In this document: positions 33,304-43,292 of the stretch, piece by piece
Layout of the letters: each line of letters begins with the position of its first letter
How positions within the stretch are numbered: the first letter of the stretch is position 1
Source of the DNA: Candidatus Krumholzibacteriia bacterium
GTDB lineage: Bacteria > Krumholzibacteriota > Krumholzibacteriia > JAJRXK01
Direction of reading: 5' to 3'
DNA: 64,000 nt
NCBI GenBank assembly: GCA_041484665.1
Contig: JBGPIA010000006.1
Coordinates: 64,001-128,000, forward strand
Made by a program: the position numbers and the translations under genes
The notes under the pieces: model-generated
What the model was told of the DNA's origin: nothing
Database searches by the model: none
Seen by the model: the letters and a program-made list of their open reading frames with translations, nothing else

Positions 33304-35502
33304 ATGCTGCGATCTGCTGCGGCTCACCGGTCGCGCGGCACGACCGTGACCAGCCGCGCCGGCCGCGGTCTTCGAAGCCGGAGGTGCCGCATCGCCCTGC
33401 GGGCGCTGCCCGTCCCGTTGGCCGCCATGCTCGCGCTTGGTTCGCCCGCCTCCACGCAGGCCGGAGACCCGCGGCCCAAAGACCCGCAGGCCGTGGATCC
33501 ACAAGCCGGGGACCCACAAACCGGCCGCCCACCGCAGGGCCATCCGCAAGGGAACCATCCCCCGGAGGGCCACCCACCGCAGGGCCAGGAACTGTTCGAG
33601 ATGAGCCTCCAGGACCTTCTTCAAGTGGAGGTCGTGTCCGGCGCATCGCGCTACGAGCAAAAGGTGACGCGGGCACCGGCGCCCGTGTCGATCGTCACCG
33701 CAGCCGAGATCCATGCGCTGGGCTACACGACCCTCGCGGAGGTGCTGGCGGGCGTGCGCGGCTTCTACGTTTCCTACGACCGCAACTACTCCTATGTCGG
33801 CAGTCGGGGCTTCAGCCCCCCTGGCGACTACAACACGCGGGTGTTGCTGCTGGTGGACGGACACCGCCTGAACGACAACGTCTACGACTCGGCGGCGCTG
33901 GGACCCGAGCTGCCTCTGGATCTGTCGGTGATCGACCGGATCGAGGTGATCCGCGGCCCGAGCAGCTCGCTCTACGGCGCGAGCGCCTTCTTCGCAGTCG
34001 TCAACATCATCACGCGCAATGGCGAGGCGGTTGGCGGAGTGCAGGCCGATCCCGCGGTGGGGAGTTTCGCTTCGGTGGCCAGCCCGGTGACCGTGGGCGG
34101 CCGGACGAAGGGCGGGCTGGAGTACATGGTCGAGGGCAGCCTCTACCGTAACCCCGGACCCGATCGGCTGTACTACCGGGAGTTCGACTCACCTGCCACC
34201 AACAACGGCTACGCGAACAATGCCGACGGGGAGCATGCGGAGCGCCTGTTCGGCAAGTTGCAGCGCGGTGGCTGGACGCTGAATGCATGCTGGGGCTCTC
34301 GCGAGAAGACCGTTCCCACCGGTTCGTACAAGACCGTTTTCAACGACGCCCGCAACGGGACCACCGATCAGCGCGGCTTCCTGGAGCTGGTGCGCGAATG
34401 GGCTCCGGCACCGGCGACACAGGCCCAAGCTCGGCTCCACTACGACCGCTATCGCTACGATGGGAGCTACGTGTACGACTTCGGCCAGAGTGGTGCGTCC
34501 GATCTGGTGATCAACCACGATGTGGCCGACGGCGAGTGGTGGGGGGCGGAGGCCCACATCGCGCGGGTGATGCGTGGGAAGCATCAGCTGTTGTGTGGCG
34601 CGGAGTTCGAGCACGACCTCCGGCAGGACCAGAAGAACTGGGATCGCGCCGTGTACCTGGACGACCATCGCACCGGCTGGAGAGCCGGCGCATACGCGCA
34701 GGGCGAGCTGGCCCTGCACGCGCGGTGGCTGCTCAATGTGGGGCTGCGGCAGGACGTCTACGAGAGCTTTGGGGGCACCACCAATCCGCGGGTGGCGCTG
34801 ATCCACTACCCGGCGCGTACCACGACAGTGAAGCTGCTCTATGGCCGCGCATTCCGCGCACCGAACGCCTACGAGCTCCACTACGACGACCTCGCGACCC
34901 AGAAGGCCAATCCCGCGCTGGGGCCGGAGAACATCGAGGCCGCCGAGGCTGTGCTCGAGCAAGGCATCGGCTCGCACGTGCGCACCACCGCGTCGGTCTT
35001 CCGCTACGCGACGCGCAACCTGATCTCTCTCTCGCAGGATCCCGCCGACAGCATGCTGATGTTCCACAATCTCGACCAGGTCCGGGCGTGGGGCGCGGAG
35101 ATGGAGCTGGAATCGCAATGGGCGGGTGGACTGCACGCTCGCGCGAGCTGGACCTGGCAGCAGAGCAAGAACGTGACGACAGATGCGCGCCTGGTGAATT
35201 CCCCCGCCCACCTGGTGCGAGCGGCGCTGATCGTGCCGCTGCCGGCCTCCGACGTGCTGGCTGGGCTCGAGTTGCGCTACACGAGTCAGCGCAGGACCGT
35301 GGCCGGCGGGCAGGTCCCAGGCTTCTTGCTTACCAACCTCACGCTGAGCCGTGGAACCTGGCAAAAGGGTTTCAGCGCCTCGCTAGGGGTGAAAAACCTC
35401 TTCAACATCGAGTACTCCGACCCCGCTTCGGAGGAGCAGGCGATGGAGTCGGTCCCGCAGGACGGCCGCACGTTCTGGGCAGGAGTGCGGCTCGGGTTGT
35501 AG
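33304..35502 (+). CDS. TonB-dependent receptor (type associated with YfiR)
   Basis: ELFEMSLQDLLQVEV, plug RVLLLVDGHRLND, DRIEVIRGPSSSLYG, GVKNLFN, GRTFWAGVRL; 15-bp repeats (PQAGD/PQGH) after the signal. Confidence 0.92.
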   Translation: MLRSAAAHRSRGTTVTSRAGRGLRSRRCRIALRALPVPLAAMLALGSPASTQAGDPRPKDPQAVDPQAGDPQTGRPPQGHPQGNHPPEGHPPQGQELFEMSLQDLLQVEVVSGASRYEQKVTRAPAPVSIVTAAEIHALGYTTLAEVLAGVRGFYVSYDRNYSYVGSRGFSPPGDYNTRVLLLVDGHRLNDNVYDSAALGPELPLDLSVIDRIEVIRGPSSSLYGASAFFAVVNIITRNGEAVGGVQADPAVGSFASVASPVTVGGRTKGGLEYMVEGSLYRNPGPDRLYYREFDSPATNNGYANNADGEHAERLFGKLQRGGWTLNACWGSREKTVPTGSYKTVFNDARNGTTDQRGFLELVREWAPAPATQAQARLHYDRYRYDGSYVYDFGQSGASDLVINHDVADGEWWGAEAHIARVMRGKHQLLCGAEFEHDLRQDQKNWDRAVYLDDHRTGWRAGAYAQGELALHARWLLNVGLRQDVYESFGGTTNPRVALIHYPARTTTVKLLYGRAFRAPNAYELHYDDLATQKANPALGPENIEAAEAVLEQGIGSHVRTTASVFRYATRNLISLSQDPADSMLMFHNLDQVRAWGAEMELESQWAGGLHARASWTWQQSKNVTTDARLVNSPAHLVRAALIVPLPASDVLAGLELRYTSQRRTVAGGQVPGFLLTNLTLSRGTWQKGFSASLGVKNLFNIEYSDPASEEQAMESVPQDGRTFWAGVRLGL

Positions 35503-35813
35503 GCGTGCGGCGGCGCGGCGGAACGCGGTCATAGCTGCGGCCCCAGGACGGAACGTACGCGGCGCAGGGCCGCAACGCCGCGGGTGCCGATGGGACGTGA
35601 GCGCGCCTCCCGGGGCAGGAGACTACCGCGCGTTCACGCCTGCGCAGTGGATGATGCCGGGTCACAGCCCCAGGTGCTAGAATCGACCCACGCTGGCGCC
35701 ACCTCCTCGCTCCTTTCCCCCGAGCCGGAGCGTCTTTGCGACCCCCACGCCCACGCGGGCGCGCCATCCGCCTGTCTCGCGCCACCGGTGGTCCCCACTC
35801 GGGAGCGGCGCTC

Positions 35814-37292
35814 GTGCCTTTCGCCGCGTTCGCACTCATGCGCGCACTCGCGTTCGCACTCGCGCGCGCACTCGCGGGCGCACTCGCGCTGGCCGCCACG
35901 CTCGCCGCGTGCGCCGAGCCTTCCGCTCCGACGACCGCACCGCCGCCGCCGGGCCCGCCGACGACTGCCGTCCTCACCGGACGCACGCTGCGCGCCGAGG
36001 ACGGCGTGGCCTACGGGCCGCTGCGCATCGTGCTGCTCAACGTCGAGACCCTCTCCATCGACGCGATCACGCGCAGCGACGGCGCGGGAGCGTTCCGTTT
36101 CGGCGATCTGGCGCCCGGACGCTACATGCCGGTCGTCTACGACTTCGAGCGCACCCTCTTCCACCTGCCGCAGACGCGGCTGGCGGTCGACGCCGCGGAG
36201 AGTCTCGACGTTTCACTGCCGCTGGCTCCGCTGGCAGCGGATCAGGGGATCGCCCTGGAAGGCCTCGTCGTCGACTCCCGCACTGGCCGGCCAGTCGCGG
36301 GCGCGATGGTCGACCTGGGATCGGTCGCGGGAGCGGTGGCTCCGTACCTCTCCAACCGCGTCGGGCTGTTCTCGGAGCTCTCCGGCCAGTCGGGCGGCCT
36401 CGACCAGATCACCGACGAGAATGGCGAGTTCCGCCTGTGGCCTGTCTACTTCCTGCCCAACCCCGACCCTACCACCTGGCCCAACGGATCGATCACGCCC
36501 GACCTGCTCGTGTCGCATCCCGGCTACCGCGGTTACCGGCGGCGCGGCTTCACACCGGAGAACATCCCCAACTACGACGACATCGCGCTGGAGCCCGGAG
36601 CGGACTCCTCGGCGGTGACCGGCCGGGTGGTCGATCTCGCGGGCCATCCGGTCGCGGGGCTGCGCGTGGGCCTGGAATGGACGCGTGGCGAGTTGCCGCG
36701 ATACGGCGCTGGCCAGCCAGCAGCGGGGAAACCGGGGCTACCGGGCCCAGGTGGGGCAACGCTCGTCAGCGGGCCCGGCGTGAAGACAGCCCCGGGCGGG
36801 CCGCTCGCCACGCCCACCGTGATCCTGCAGGGCGCAGTGGGAGTCACAGGAAGCGACGGCCGCTTCCGGATCGACGGCGTGCCGCAAGGTCACTTCAAGA
36901 TCATGCCGGGCTACCTGCCCGACGACGGTTGGGTGGGAGACTTCGGCGATCGGAGCGCCAACGTGGAGACCGCAGCGTCCGGAGAGGTTGACGCGGGCGA
37001 CGTGCCCGTGGTGCCGGCGATCGCGGCGCTCTCGCCCGCGGACGGCGATACGATCCGCGGGCCCCTGACGCTGTCATGGGCCGCAGCGGCGGGGGCGAGC
37101 GAGTACTGGTTGTTGATCGAGCCGCTGGGCCGCGAGGCTGTGCACCGGGGACCGCTCTACGCGACATCCCTCACGCCCACGCGCACCTCGCTGTTGCAAC
37201 CCGGTCTCTACCGCTGGCAAGTCTCGGCGATGGACGCGCGGGGCGAGATCGCGCGGGTGGAGCGATCGCGGATGTACGTCGTGCCGCGGTAG
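35814..37292 (+). CDS. Lipoprotein with carboxypeptidase-regulatory-like beta-sandwich domains
   Basis: GGAG RBS; lipobox LAAC; repeated T(S)DxxGxFR..xxPGxY modules; C-terminal LQPGLYRWQVSA. Confidence 0.7.
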   Translation: MPFAAFALMRALAFALARALAGALALAATLAACAEPSAPTTAPPPPGPPTTAVLTGRTLRAEDGVAYGPLRIVLLNVETLSIDAITRSDGAGAFRFGDLAPGRYMPVVYDFERTLFHLPQTRLAVDAAESLDVSLPLAPLAADQGIALEGLVVDSRTGRPVAGAMVDLGSVAGAVAPYLSNRVGLFSELSGQSGGLDQITDENGEFRLWPVYFLPNPDPTTWPNGSITPDLLVSHPGYRGYRRRGFTPENIPNYDDIALEPGADSSAVTGRVVDLAGHPVAGLRVGLEWTRGELPRYGAGQPAAGKPGLPGPGGATLVSGPGVKTAPGGPLATPTVILQGAVGVTGSDGRFRIDGVPQGHFKIMPGYLPDDGWVGDFGDRSANVETAASGEVDAGDVPVVPAIAALSPADGDTIRGPLTLSWAAAAGASEYWLLIEPLGREAVHRGPLYATSLTPTRTSLLQPGLYRWQVSAMDARGEIARVERSRMYVVPR

Positions 37293-37311
37293 AGCGCGCG
37301 CGGGGGCGCCC

Positions 37312-38619
37312 TCAGTGGGCTGCCCCGTACGCCCGCGGGCGCGCGTTCCACAGCCGCAGCATGAGCACCGCGCCGATGCCTGAGAACCCGATCATGCTCG
37401 GGGCCCACGATCCCCAGCCGTAGCGGTCGAGCAGCAACCCCATCCCGAAGCCCACGAACGAGCCGCCAACGTACTGCATGCCGTCGAACATCCCCGCCGC
37501 GGTTGCCGCGGCGCGCTTGCCGCCGAAGTCCATCGAGGCGGTGCCGGACAGCATGGAGTGCACCATGGAAATGGCCAGCGAATTGAGGGTGAAGGCCCAG
37601 ATCACCGCATTGACGCTGGGCGCTCTCCAGATCAGGTACAGGCACCCGATCTGGAGTACGTAGCCAATGAACGCCACCGGCGGACGGCGAGCCTTGAACA
37701 CCCAGTCCGACAGCGTCCCGGCCACGAGCGCCCCGGCGATGCCGGCCAGCACGATGGCCATCGCGCCCTTCTGGAACACGGGATGGTCGACCTGCAGGTG
37801 CTGGGCTTCCTGCATGTAGCGCGGGAACCACTCCTCGAAGCCCTTGCGCACGAAGCCGGTGCAGAACTCCGCGCCGGCGATCGTGATGGCGATCGGGTTG
37901 GTGAACACCTTGCGCGCCACGTAGCGGAACGTGATGGCCTCGGTGTCGCCGCTGGTGGCGTCCTGCGGATCGAACTCCTCCAGCCCGGCGTCCTGGGGCG
38001 TATCGCGCACCACGAACCAGGTGAGCACGGCCATGATCGCCACCGCCACGGAAGGCAGGAAGAACTTCCACTGCCACGGCAGCGCCACCACCAGTGACGT
38101 GGTCATCAAGGCGAACACCGCCGCGCGCCCACCCTGGATCACCGAGCCGAAGATGGCCGAGAAGACACCGCGCTCGCTGACGTGGAACCAGCCCGAGTTG
38201 ACCTTGATCAGGGCCAGCGCGCTGTAGGACTGGAAGTACATGTTCAGCGTCCAGACCGTGGCCAGGTAGCCCAACAGGAGCCCTCCGGTCCCCAGGAAGC
38301 CCAGGTACGCTCCCAGCCCGAACGCGAGGTTGAAGATGCAGGCGCCGACGGCGCCCAAGAGCATCGCCTTGCGCCCGCCGAAGCGGTCGGCGAGCGGCCC
38401 GTTGAACAGCGCGGAGATGCCGTAGACCAGCGTGGCGGTCGAGATGATCGCCCCCACCTGGGCCTTGTTCCAGCCGTAGGCGTCGCTGAGCGCTTTGTTG
38501 GCGAAGCCGAAGTTGTAGCGAGCCATGTACATGGCCGCGTAGGTAATGCCCAGCACCAGCCAGTTCTGAGTGCGGCGGACGTGGAAGTCGCGCGAGTGGT
38601 TGGGGCGGGTGCGGTTCAC
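37312..38619 (-). CDS. MFS transporter, organophosphate:Pi antiporter (GlpT/UhpT-like)
   Basis: YAAMYMARYN, NGPLADRFGGRK, WFHVSERG, GTLSDWVF..RR, ATAAGMFDG; about 12 TM. Confidence 0.88.
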   Translation of the reverse strand: MNRTRPNHSRDFHVRRTQNWLVLGITYAAMYMARYNFGFANKALSDAYGWNKAQVGAIISTATLVYGISALFNGPLADRFGGRKAMLLGAVGACIFNLAFGLGAYLGFLGTGGLLLGYLATVWTLNMYFQSYSALALIKVNSGWFHVSERGVFSAIFGSVIQGGRAAVFALMTTSLVVALPWQWKFFLPSVAVAIMAVLTWFVVRDTPQDAGLEEFDPQDATSGDTEAITFRYVARKVFTNPIAITIAGAEFCTGFVRKGFEEWFPRYMQEAQHLQVDHPVFQKGAMAIVLAGIAGALVAGTLSDWVFKARRPPVAFIGYVLQIGCLYLIWRAPSVNAVIWAFTLNSLAISMVHSMLSGTASMDFGGKRAAATAAGMFDGMQYVGGSFVGFGMGLLLDRYGWGSWAPSMIGFSGIGAVLMLRLWNARPRAYGAAH

Positions 38620-38664
38620 GGAGTGTTGGTCCGGAGGCCGGCGGCGGAGAGGCCCGGAGCCCAG

Positions 38665-38705
38665 GATCAGAAGCGCTTTGATCGCAAGCGTTTACCCGGG
38701 TAAAC
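38665..38705. promoter_or_regulatory. Operator-like palindromes upstream of the MFS gene
   Basis: GATCAgAAGCGCTTTGATC (38665-38683) and the perfect 16-bp palindrome GTTTACCCGGGTAAAC (38690-38705). Confidence 0.55.
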
Positions 38706-38819
38706 TGGCCGCCCGTCCACCCGGCGCTCTTCCCACGGGCACTGGCAAGCGGTGGGCATTGTACCCGCTGCGACTGGGGCTGGCTCCAAGAATCGGGGGT
38801 TGTCGCAGCCTCCGGCTGT

Positions 38820-39239
38820 CTACTCGTGGTACCCCGTCACCACCAGGAGGCAGCTCCCATCGGCGATGATCTCCAACCCGCGCTCGTGAGCGATCTGGAT
38901 CGCGCGCTCGCTCTCGGCGCCGGGTTGCAGCCAGACGATCTTCACGCCGGCATCGGCGGCCTCGGCCACGACCTTCTCGGTGACGGGCGGCGGCGTGATC
39001 ACCGAGATGCCGCGCACCTGCTTGGGCAGCGCCGCAAGGTCGGGGTAGGCTTTGAGCCCTTCGACCTCGGGCTCCTTGGGATTGATGGGGAATACCTCCA
39101 TCTTCTTCTGCTGGTAGGCACGCAGCACCTTGTTGCCGTACTTCTCGCGGTTGGAGGACGCGCCCACCACTGCCCAGGGGCCCTGCCTCAGGAAGTCTGC
39201 GATCAGCTCGCCGACGGGTCGCGGTGACAGCGGTGACAT
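38820..39239 (-). CDS. CoA-binding protein (YccU-like)
   Basis: AVVGASSNREKYG, FPINP, VWLQPGAES, C-terminal CLLV. Confidence 0.92.
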   Translation of the reverse strand: MSPLSPRPVGELIADFLRQGPWAVVGASSNREKYGNKVLRAYQQKKMEVFPINPKEPEVEGLKAYPDLAALPKQVRGISVITPPPVTEKVVAEAADAGVKIVWLQPGAESERAIQIAHERGLEIIADGSCLLVVTGYHE

Positions 39240-39351
39240 CGGATCCTCCCTCGTGGTTCAGCCATGGGTCCGCCGGTCCGTCCGCTCGCCCGGAGATCGC
39301 CCTTCGCAGTTTCCCCCGGGGAAACCAGCCGGCCGGCTGCGGGCACCGGCC

Positions 39352-40065
39352 TCAGCCCAGCTCGATCACCAGCCGCTTGTTGCTGCGACCTTTGCTCATG
39401 TAATCCACCACGCGGATCGCGCCCACCTCCGAGGTGTTCGCGACGTGCGTGCCGCCGTCGGCCTGCAGGTCGAGCCCGACGATCTCCACGACGCGCACCT
39501 GCTGGATCGCCTCCGGCAGCAGGTTGACCTTGGTGCGGATCAGGTCGGGGATGGCGATAGCCTCCTCCCGCGGGAGGATTTTGACGCGCACGGCGCGCGC
39601 GGCGGTCACCTCGGCATTGGCACTGGCCTGGATGTCTTCGACCAGCGACTTCTCCATCTGCTCGATCTCGAAATCCATGCGCGCTCTGCCCGGCTCCATG
39701 TTCCCGCCGGTGACCTGGGCGCGGAAGCGCAGCCAGACGACGCCGCTCAAGATATGCAGCGCAGTGTGGGTGCGCATGAGCAGGTAGCGGCGATCCCAGT
39801 CCAGCGCGCAGTGGAGCATCTTGCCCACTGGCGGGCGCTGCGGCTCTTTCACCAGGTGCACCAGGTGGTCTCCGTCGCGGCGCAGGCCGGTGATCGTGTA
39901 GATCTCGCCGTAGGGGTCGGCGCAGCGGCCGCTGTCGGCAGGCTGGCCGCCGCCGCCCGGGTAGAACGCCGTCTGGTCGAGCACGAAGCCATCCTGCGTC
40001 ACCGCGCGGGTGGTGCCTTCGAAGGCGCGCAGGTAGCTGTCGGTCTGGTAGAGGAGCTCGGTCAT
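39352..40065 (-). CDS. alaX: Alanyl-tRNA editing protein AlaX-M
   Basis: TELLYQTDSY, TAFYPGGGGQPAD, MRTHTALH, DLQADGGTHV. Confidence 0.92.
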   Translation of the reverse strand: MTELLYQTDSYLRAFEGTTRAVTQDGFVLDQTAFYPGGGGQPADSGRCADPYGEIYTITGLRRDGDHLVHLVKEPQRPPVGKMLHCALDWDRRYLLMRTHTALHILSGVVWLRFRAQVTGGNMEPGRARMDFEIEQMEKSLVEDIQASANAEVTAARAVRVKILPREEAIAIPDLIRTKVNLLPEAIQQVRVVEIVGLDLQADGGTHVANTSEVGAIRVVDYMSKGRSNKRLVIELG

Positions 40066-40276
40066 GGGATCTCTGCAGCAGGCGCGGCGGGCGGGCTGCA
40101 ATGCGGGGGCGGTGAGGGTCCCCGGCTCGGCGCGTGGGCCTCACCGCGCGGCGCGCGTCCCTGTCCCGGTCCGCCCGGCGCTCGCTGCGCAGTCTACCAC
40201 GGGAGCGGCCGTGGGACCCGCGCCGGGGAGCGTCGCAGCCGCGTCGGACGCCCGTGAGCGGCCGCGCGGCTCGCCG

Positions 40277-41839
40277 CTACTTCTTCTTCTGGGACTGCTC
40301 GAGAGCCATGTAGAAGGTCCCATTCCCGCGCTGGACCAAGAGCAGCAGCGAGGCCTCGGCGTCCTCCTTCGCGGAGCGGTCCACGGCCTCCTGCAGGTTC
40401 CGGACGGTGGAGACCGCATCGTGGTTCACCTCGAGGATCACGTCGCCTGCGCGCAAGCCGGCCCGCGACGCCGCTGAATGCGGCGCCACCTGCGTCACCA
40501 CGACGCCGCTCGCCCCGCGTGGCAGCTCGAAGCGGCGCGTCAGATCGCTGTTGATGGTCTGCACGTTCACGCCGTCGAGGACCGCTTCTCCCTGGTCGGG
40601 CGCCCCGCGCGATGCGCGCGCCAGCGCCTGCTCGCTGGGCAGCTCGCCGAGCTTGACCTCGATCTGGCGGGGCCGACCCTCGCGCAAGACGTCGAGGTTC
40701 ACCCGGCTGCCGGGCGAGGTGTGGGCGATCTCGGTGCGGAACACCGCGTAGGAGTCCACTTTCTTGCCGTCGAGGCCCACGATCACGTCGCCACGCTTGA
40801 GGCCTGCCGCCTCGGCTGGGCTGTCCTTCACCACGTCACCCACCAGCGCGCCGTTGGTCGTCTGAAGCTTGAGCGTGCGCGCCAGCGAGGGGTTGATCCC
40901 CTGGATCGACACGCCCAACCAGCCGCGCACGACCTTGCCTTTGTCGCGCAAGTCCTCCATGACCTTCACGGCCAGCTTCGATGGGATGGCGAAGCCGACG
41001 CCCTGGCTCCCGCCGCTGCGGGTCACGATGGCCGAGTTGACGCCGATCATCTCGCCGCGCAGGTTCACCAGCGCCCCACCGGAGTTGCCGGGATTGATGG
41101 CGGCGTCGGTTTGGATGAAATCCTCGTAATCGACCAGGCCGGTGCCGGCGCGTCCGCGGGCGCTGACGATCCCCATCGATACCGACTCCTGCAAGCCGAA
41201 CGGGCTGCCGACGGCCAGCACGACCTCGCCGATGCGCATCGCATCGCTGTCGCCGACCTTGATCGGCGTCAGATCCTTCGCATCCACCTTCAGCAATGCC
41301 ACGTCGCTGGCCTCGTCGGCCCCGATGACCTTGGCAACGAAGTTGCGGCCGTCCTTGAGCGAGACCGTCACCTCCTTCGAGTCGCTCACCACGTGGTTGT
41401 TGGTGAGGATGTAGCCGTCCGCGCTGATGATGACTCCCGAGCCGAGGCTCTGCTCGGTCGGCTCCCGACCCGGGTTGTTGTCGTTGTTATCGTTGTTGTC
41501 ATCGTTGTCGTTGTTGTCGTCCCTGCCGGGAGGCATCTGGAAGAAGCGGCGCAGGAGCGGGTCGTTGAACGGCCCGAGTTGCCCGCTGTCCATGTGGACA
41601 CGCTTCTCGCTGGAGACGTTGACGACGCTGGGGACGACCGCCTCGGCGACGTCGGCGATCGTTGCGAGATCCTTGACGGGCGTGTCGGCGCCGCGCAGCG
41701 CGCTGGTGGCGCTCTCGTGCGTGGCGGCCGCCGCCTGCCCCGCGGGAGCGCTGGGCCGCAGCAGCAGCAGCGCCGCGGCGAGCAGGGCAGCCCCGAGGAT
41801 CGTCACCGGCAGAGCGCGACGCTCACGAATGCGGAACAT
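40277..41839 (-). CDS. degP: Do/DegQ (HtrA) serine endoprotease, two PDZ domains
   Basis: GSGVII, TNNHVV, DVALLK, IQTDAAINPGNSGG; DDNNDNDDNNDNNDNN repeat in the N-terminal loop. Confidence 0.93.
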   Translation of the reverse strand: MFRIRERRALPVTILGAALLAAALLLLRPSAPAGQAAAATHESATSALRGADTPVKDLATIADVAEAVVPSVVNVSSEKRVHMDSGQLGPFNDPLLRRFFQMPPGRDDNNDNDDNNDNNDNNPGREPTEQSLGSGVIISADGYILTNNHVVSDSKEVTVSLKDGRNFVAKVIGADEASDVALLKVDAKDLTPIKVGDSDAMRIGEVVLAVGSPFGLQESVSMGIVSARGRAGTGLVDYEDFIQTDAAINPGNSGGALVNLRGEMIGVNSAIVTRSGGSQGVGFAIPSKLAVKVMEDLRDKGKVVRGWLGVSIQGINPSLARTLKLQTTNGALVGDVVKDSPAEAAGLKRGDVIVGLDGKKVDSYAVFRTEIAHTSPGSRVNLDVLREGRPRQIEVKLGELPSEQALARASRGAPDQGEAVLDGVNVQTINSDLTRRFELPRGASGVVVTQVAPHSAASRAGLRAGDVILEVNHDAVSTVRNLQEAVDRSAKEDAEASLLLLVQRGNGTFYMALEQSQKKK

Positions 41840-41948
41840 GATCTTTGCCTCCTGCCCCGCGGTGTGGGGCGCCTCACGTGCGACCGGAATCTTCTCGCTG
41901 CAGCAGACCGAACCCCGGCGCGGCCGGGACCATGCAACAGCTAGCGGC

Positions 41949-41976
41949 TTGAACGCGCTCGGAAGGGGGGAGTTCC
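41949..41976 (-). promoter_or_regulatory. ECF-sigma-type promoter GGAAC-N16-CGTTCAA upstream of degP
   Basis: Minus strand reads GGAACtccccccttccgagcgCGTTCAA, about 110 nt before the ATG. Confidence 0.5.
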
Positions 41977-42140
41977 GCCCGCTGCCCCGGCGGCGTCGGG
42001 CCATTCCAGGCGGACCCGAACGGAGTCGAATAGGAGACCCGCTGCCCCGATCGCGCGGGCCAAGGCCGTGCCGATCTGGCAGCCCGGTGCCCCGCGGGTG
42101 CGGGCCAAGGCCAAGCGGATCCAGCCGGTGACGACCACGC

Positions 42141-42246
42141 CGCTTCGGCGCATTCGCCCGGCGCATCGGCCGGCCCACCGCTTCGGCGCTCCGGTCCGGC
42201 CCACCGCTTCGGCGTACCGGTCCGGCGCACAACTTCGGCGCATCGG
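42141..42246. repeat. About 26-bp intergenic repeat with CGC-TTCG-GCG mini-hairpins
   Basis: cgcttcggcg at 42141, 42179 and 42205, with a variant at 42231. Confidence 0.7.
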
Positions 42247-42266
42247 CCCGTTCGCGCGCGCGGCGA

Positions 42267-43049
42267 TCAGGCGGAGAGCTCCAGCCAGCCGAAGTGCCGC
42301 AGTCCCTCCAGCACTCCCTTGGCGCCGTCCATCTGCACCATGAACACGTTGTGGAAGCGGCGCGACTCGCTCACCAGCTCGGAGGGCGCGTGGGGGAAGA
42401 CTACGCCTCGCCAGCCGCGGCCGAAGAGGTTCACGTCGCCGTGCGCCTCGCCGAAGGCCAGCACCTGGGTCGGCGCGATGTTCTCCTGGACAATGTAGCG
42501 GCCCAGCGTCGAGCCCTTGTCGACGCCGAACGGAAGCACATCGAGACGCCCCAGCCCGCGCTCCTGGACCTGGCAGCCGATCTCGTCGGCCTTCTTGCGC
42601 GCTTCGCCCAAGGTGGGCGGGGTGTCGTACTGGAAGCCCTGCCGGCAGGGTGCGTTGTCGTCCAGCGGGCGCAGGGTCGTGATCGGCTTCATGGCGCGGA
42701 TCACGGCGTCCTTGCCGGGCCACAGCTGGATGATGTTGCGCTGCAGCGGCTCGATGGTTCCGGTGCCGTCGCCCTTGAGCGCGGTTGTCCCGGAGTCGGC
42801 CATCAGCATGTGGGGCACGGTGAGCCCGGCGTCGGCGGCCAGATGGATGAGAGCCTCGGCGCTCTCGTGGCTCATGTACACGATCCGAAGGGGATGTTGC
42901 GCGGCGCCGAGCATCTCCACCAGCTGGCGGCGCTCATCGGGGAAGGTCTCCACGAAGCTGGCGTCGAGGTCGAGGGCTAGGAGCAGGGGACGAGTCAGGG
43001 CGTACGTCGACATCGGAGTCTCGTTGGTGATAATTGCTTTGTCCTCCAC
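42267..43049 (-). CDS. HAD-IIB hydrolase, sucrose-phosphate-phosphatase-like
   Basis: LALDLD motif I, LDVLPFGVDKG motif III, GVLEGLRHFG; motif IV degenerate (GEAHGD). Confidence 0.75.
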   Translation of the reverse strand: MEDKAIITNETPMSTYALTRPLLLALDLDASFVETFPDERRQLVEMLGAAQHPLRIVYMSHESAEALIHLAADAGLTVPHMLMADSGTTALKGDGTGTIEPLQRNIIQLWPGKDAVIRAMKPITTLRPLDDNAPCRQGFQYDTPPTLGEARKKADEIGCQVQERGLGRLDVLPFGVDKGSTLGRYIVQENIAPTQVLAFGEAHGDVNLFGRGWRGVVFPHAPSELVSESRRFHNVFMVQMDGAKGVLEGLRHFGWLELSA

Positions 43050-43292
43050 GTTGATCGCACCCCGGCCTCGGTTCGATCCGCGCGAGGAGCGACATGCATT
43101 TGGGTTTGTTCCGGGCGCCACCAGGCCCAGCGGCGCAGCACTCGGTGGGTGGGATGGATCTCCGCCACAGACGGCGGCCCCGGCGTTCTGGGGCCAACGC
43201 GCGCGCACAAGCCAGCGCCCTAAGCTAGGTGCGGGGGCGGCGCCGCGCAACAGCGATGGAGGGCCTCGCGACCGCCGGCGGTGCGCCCGGCC

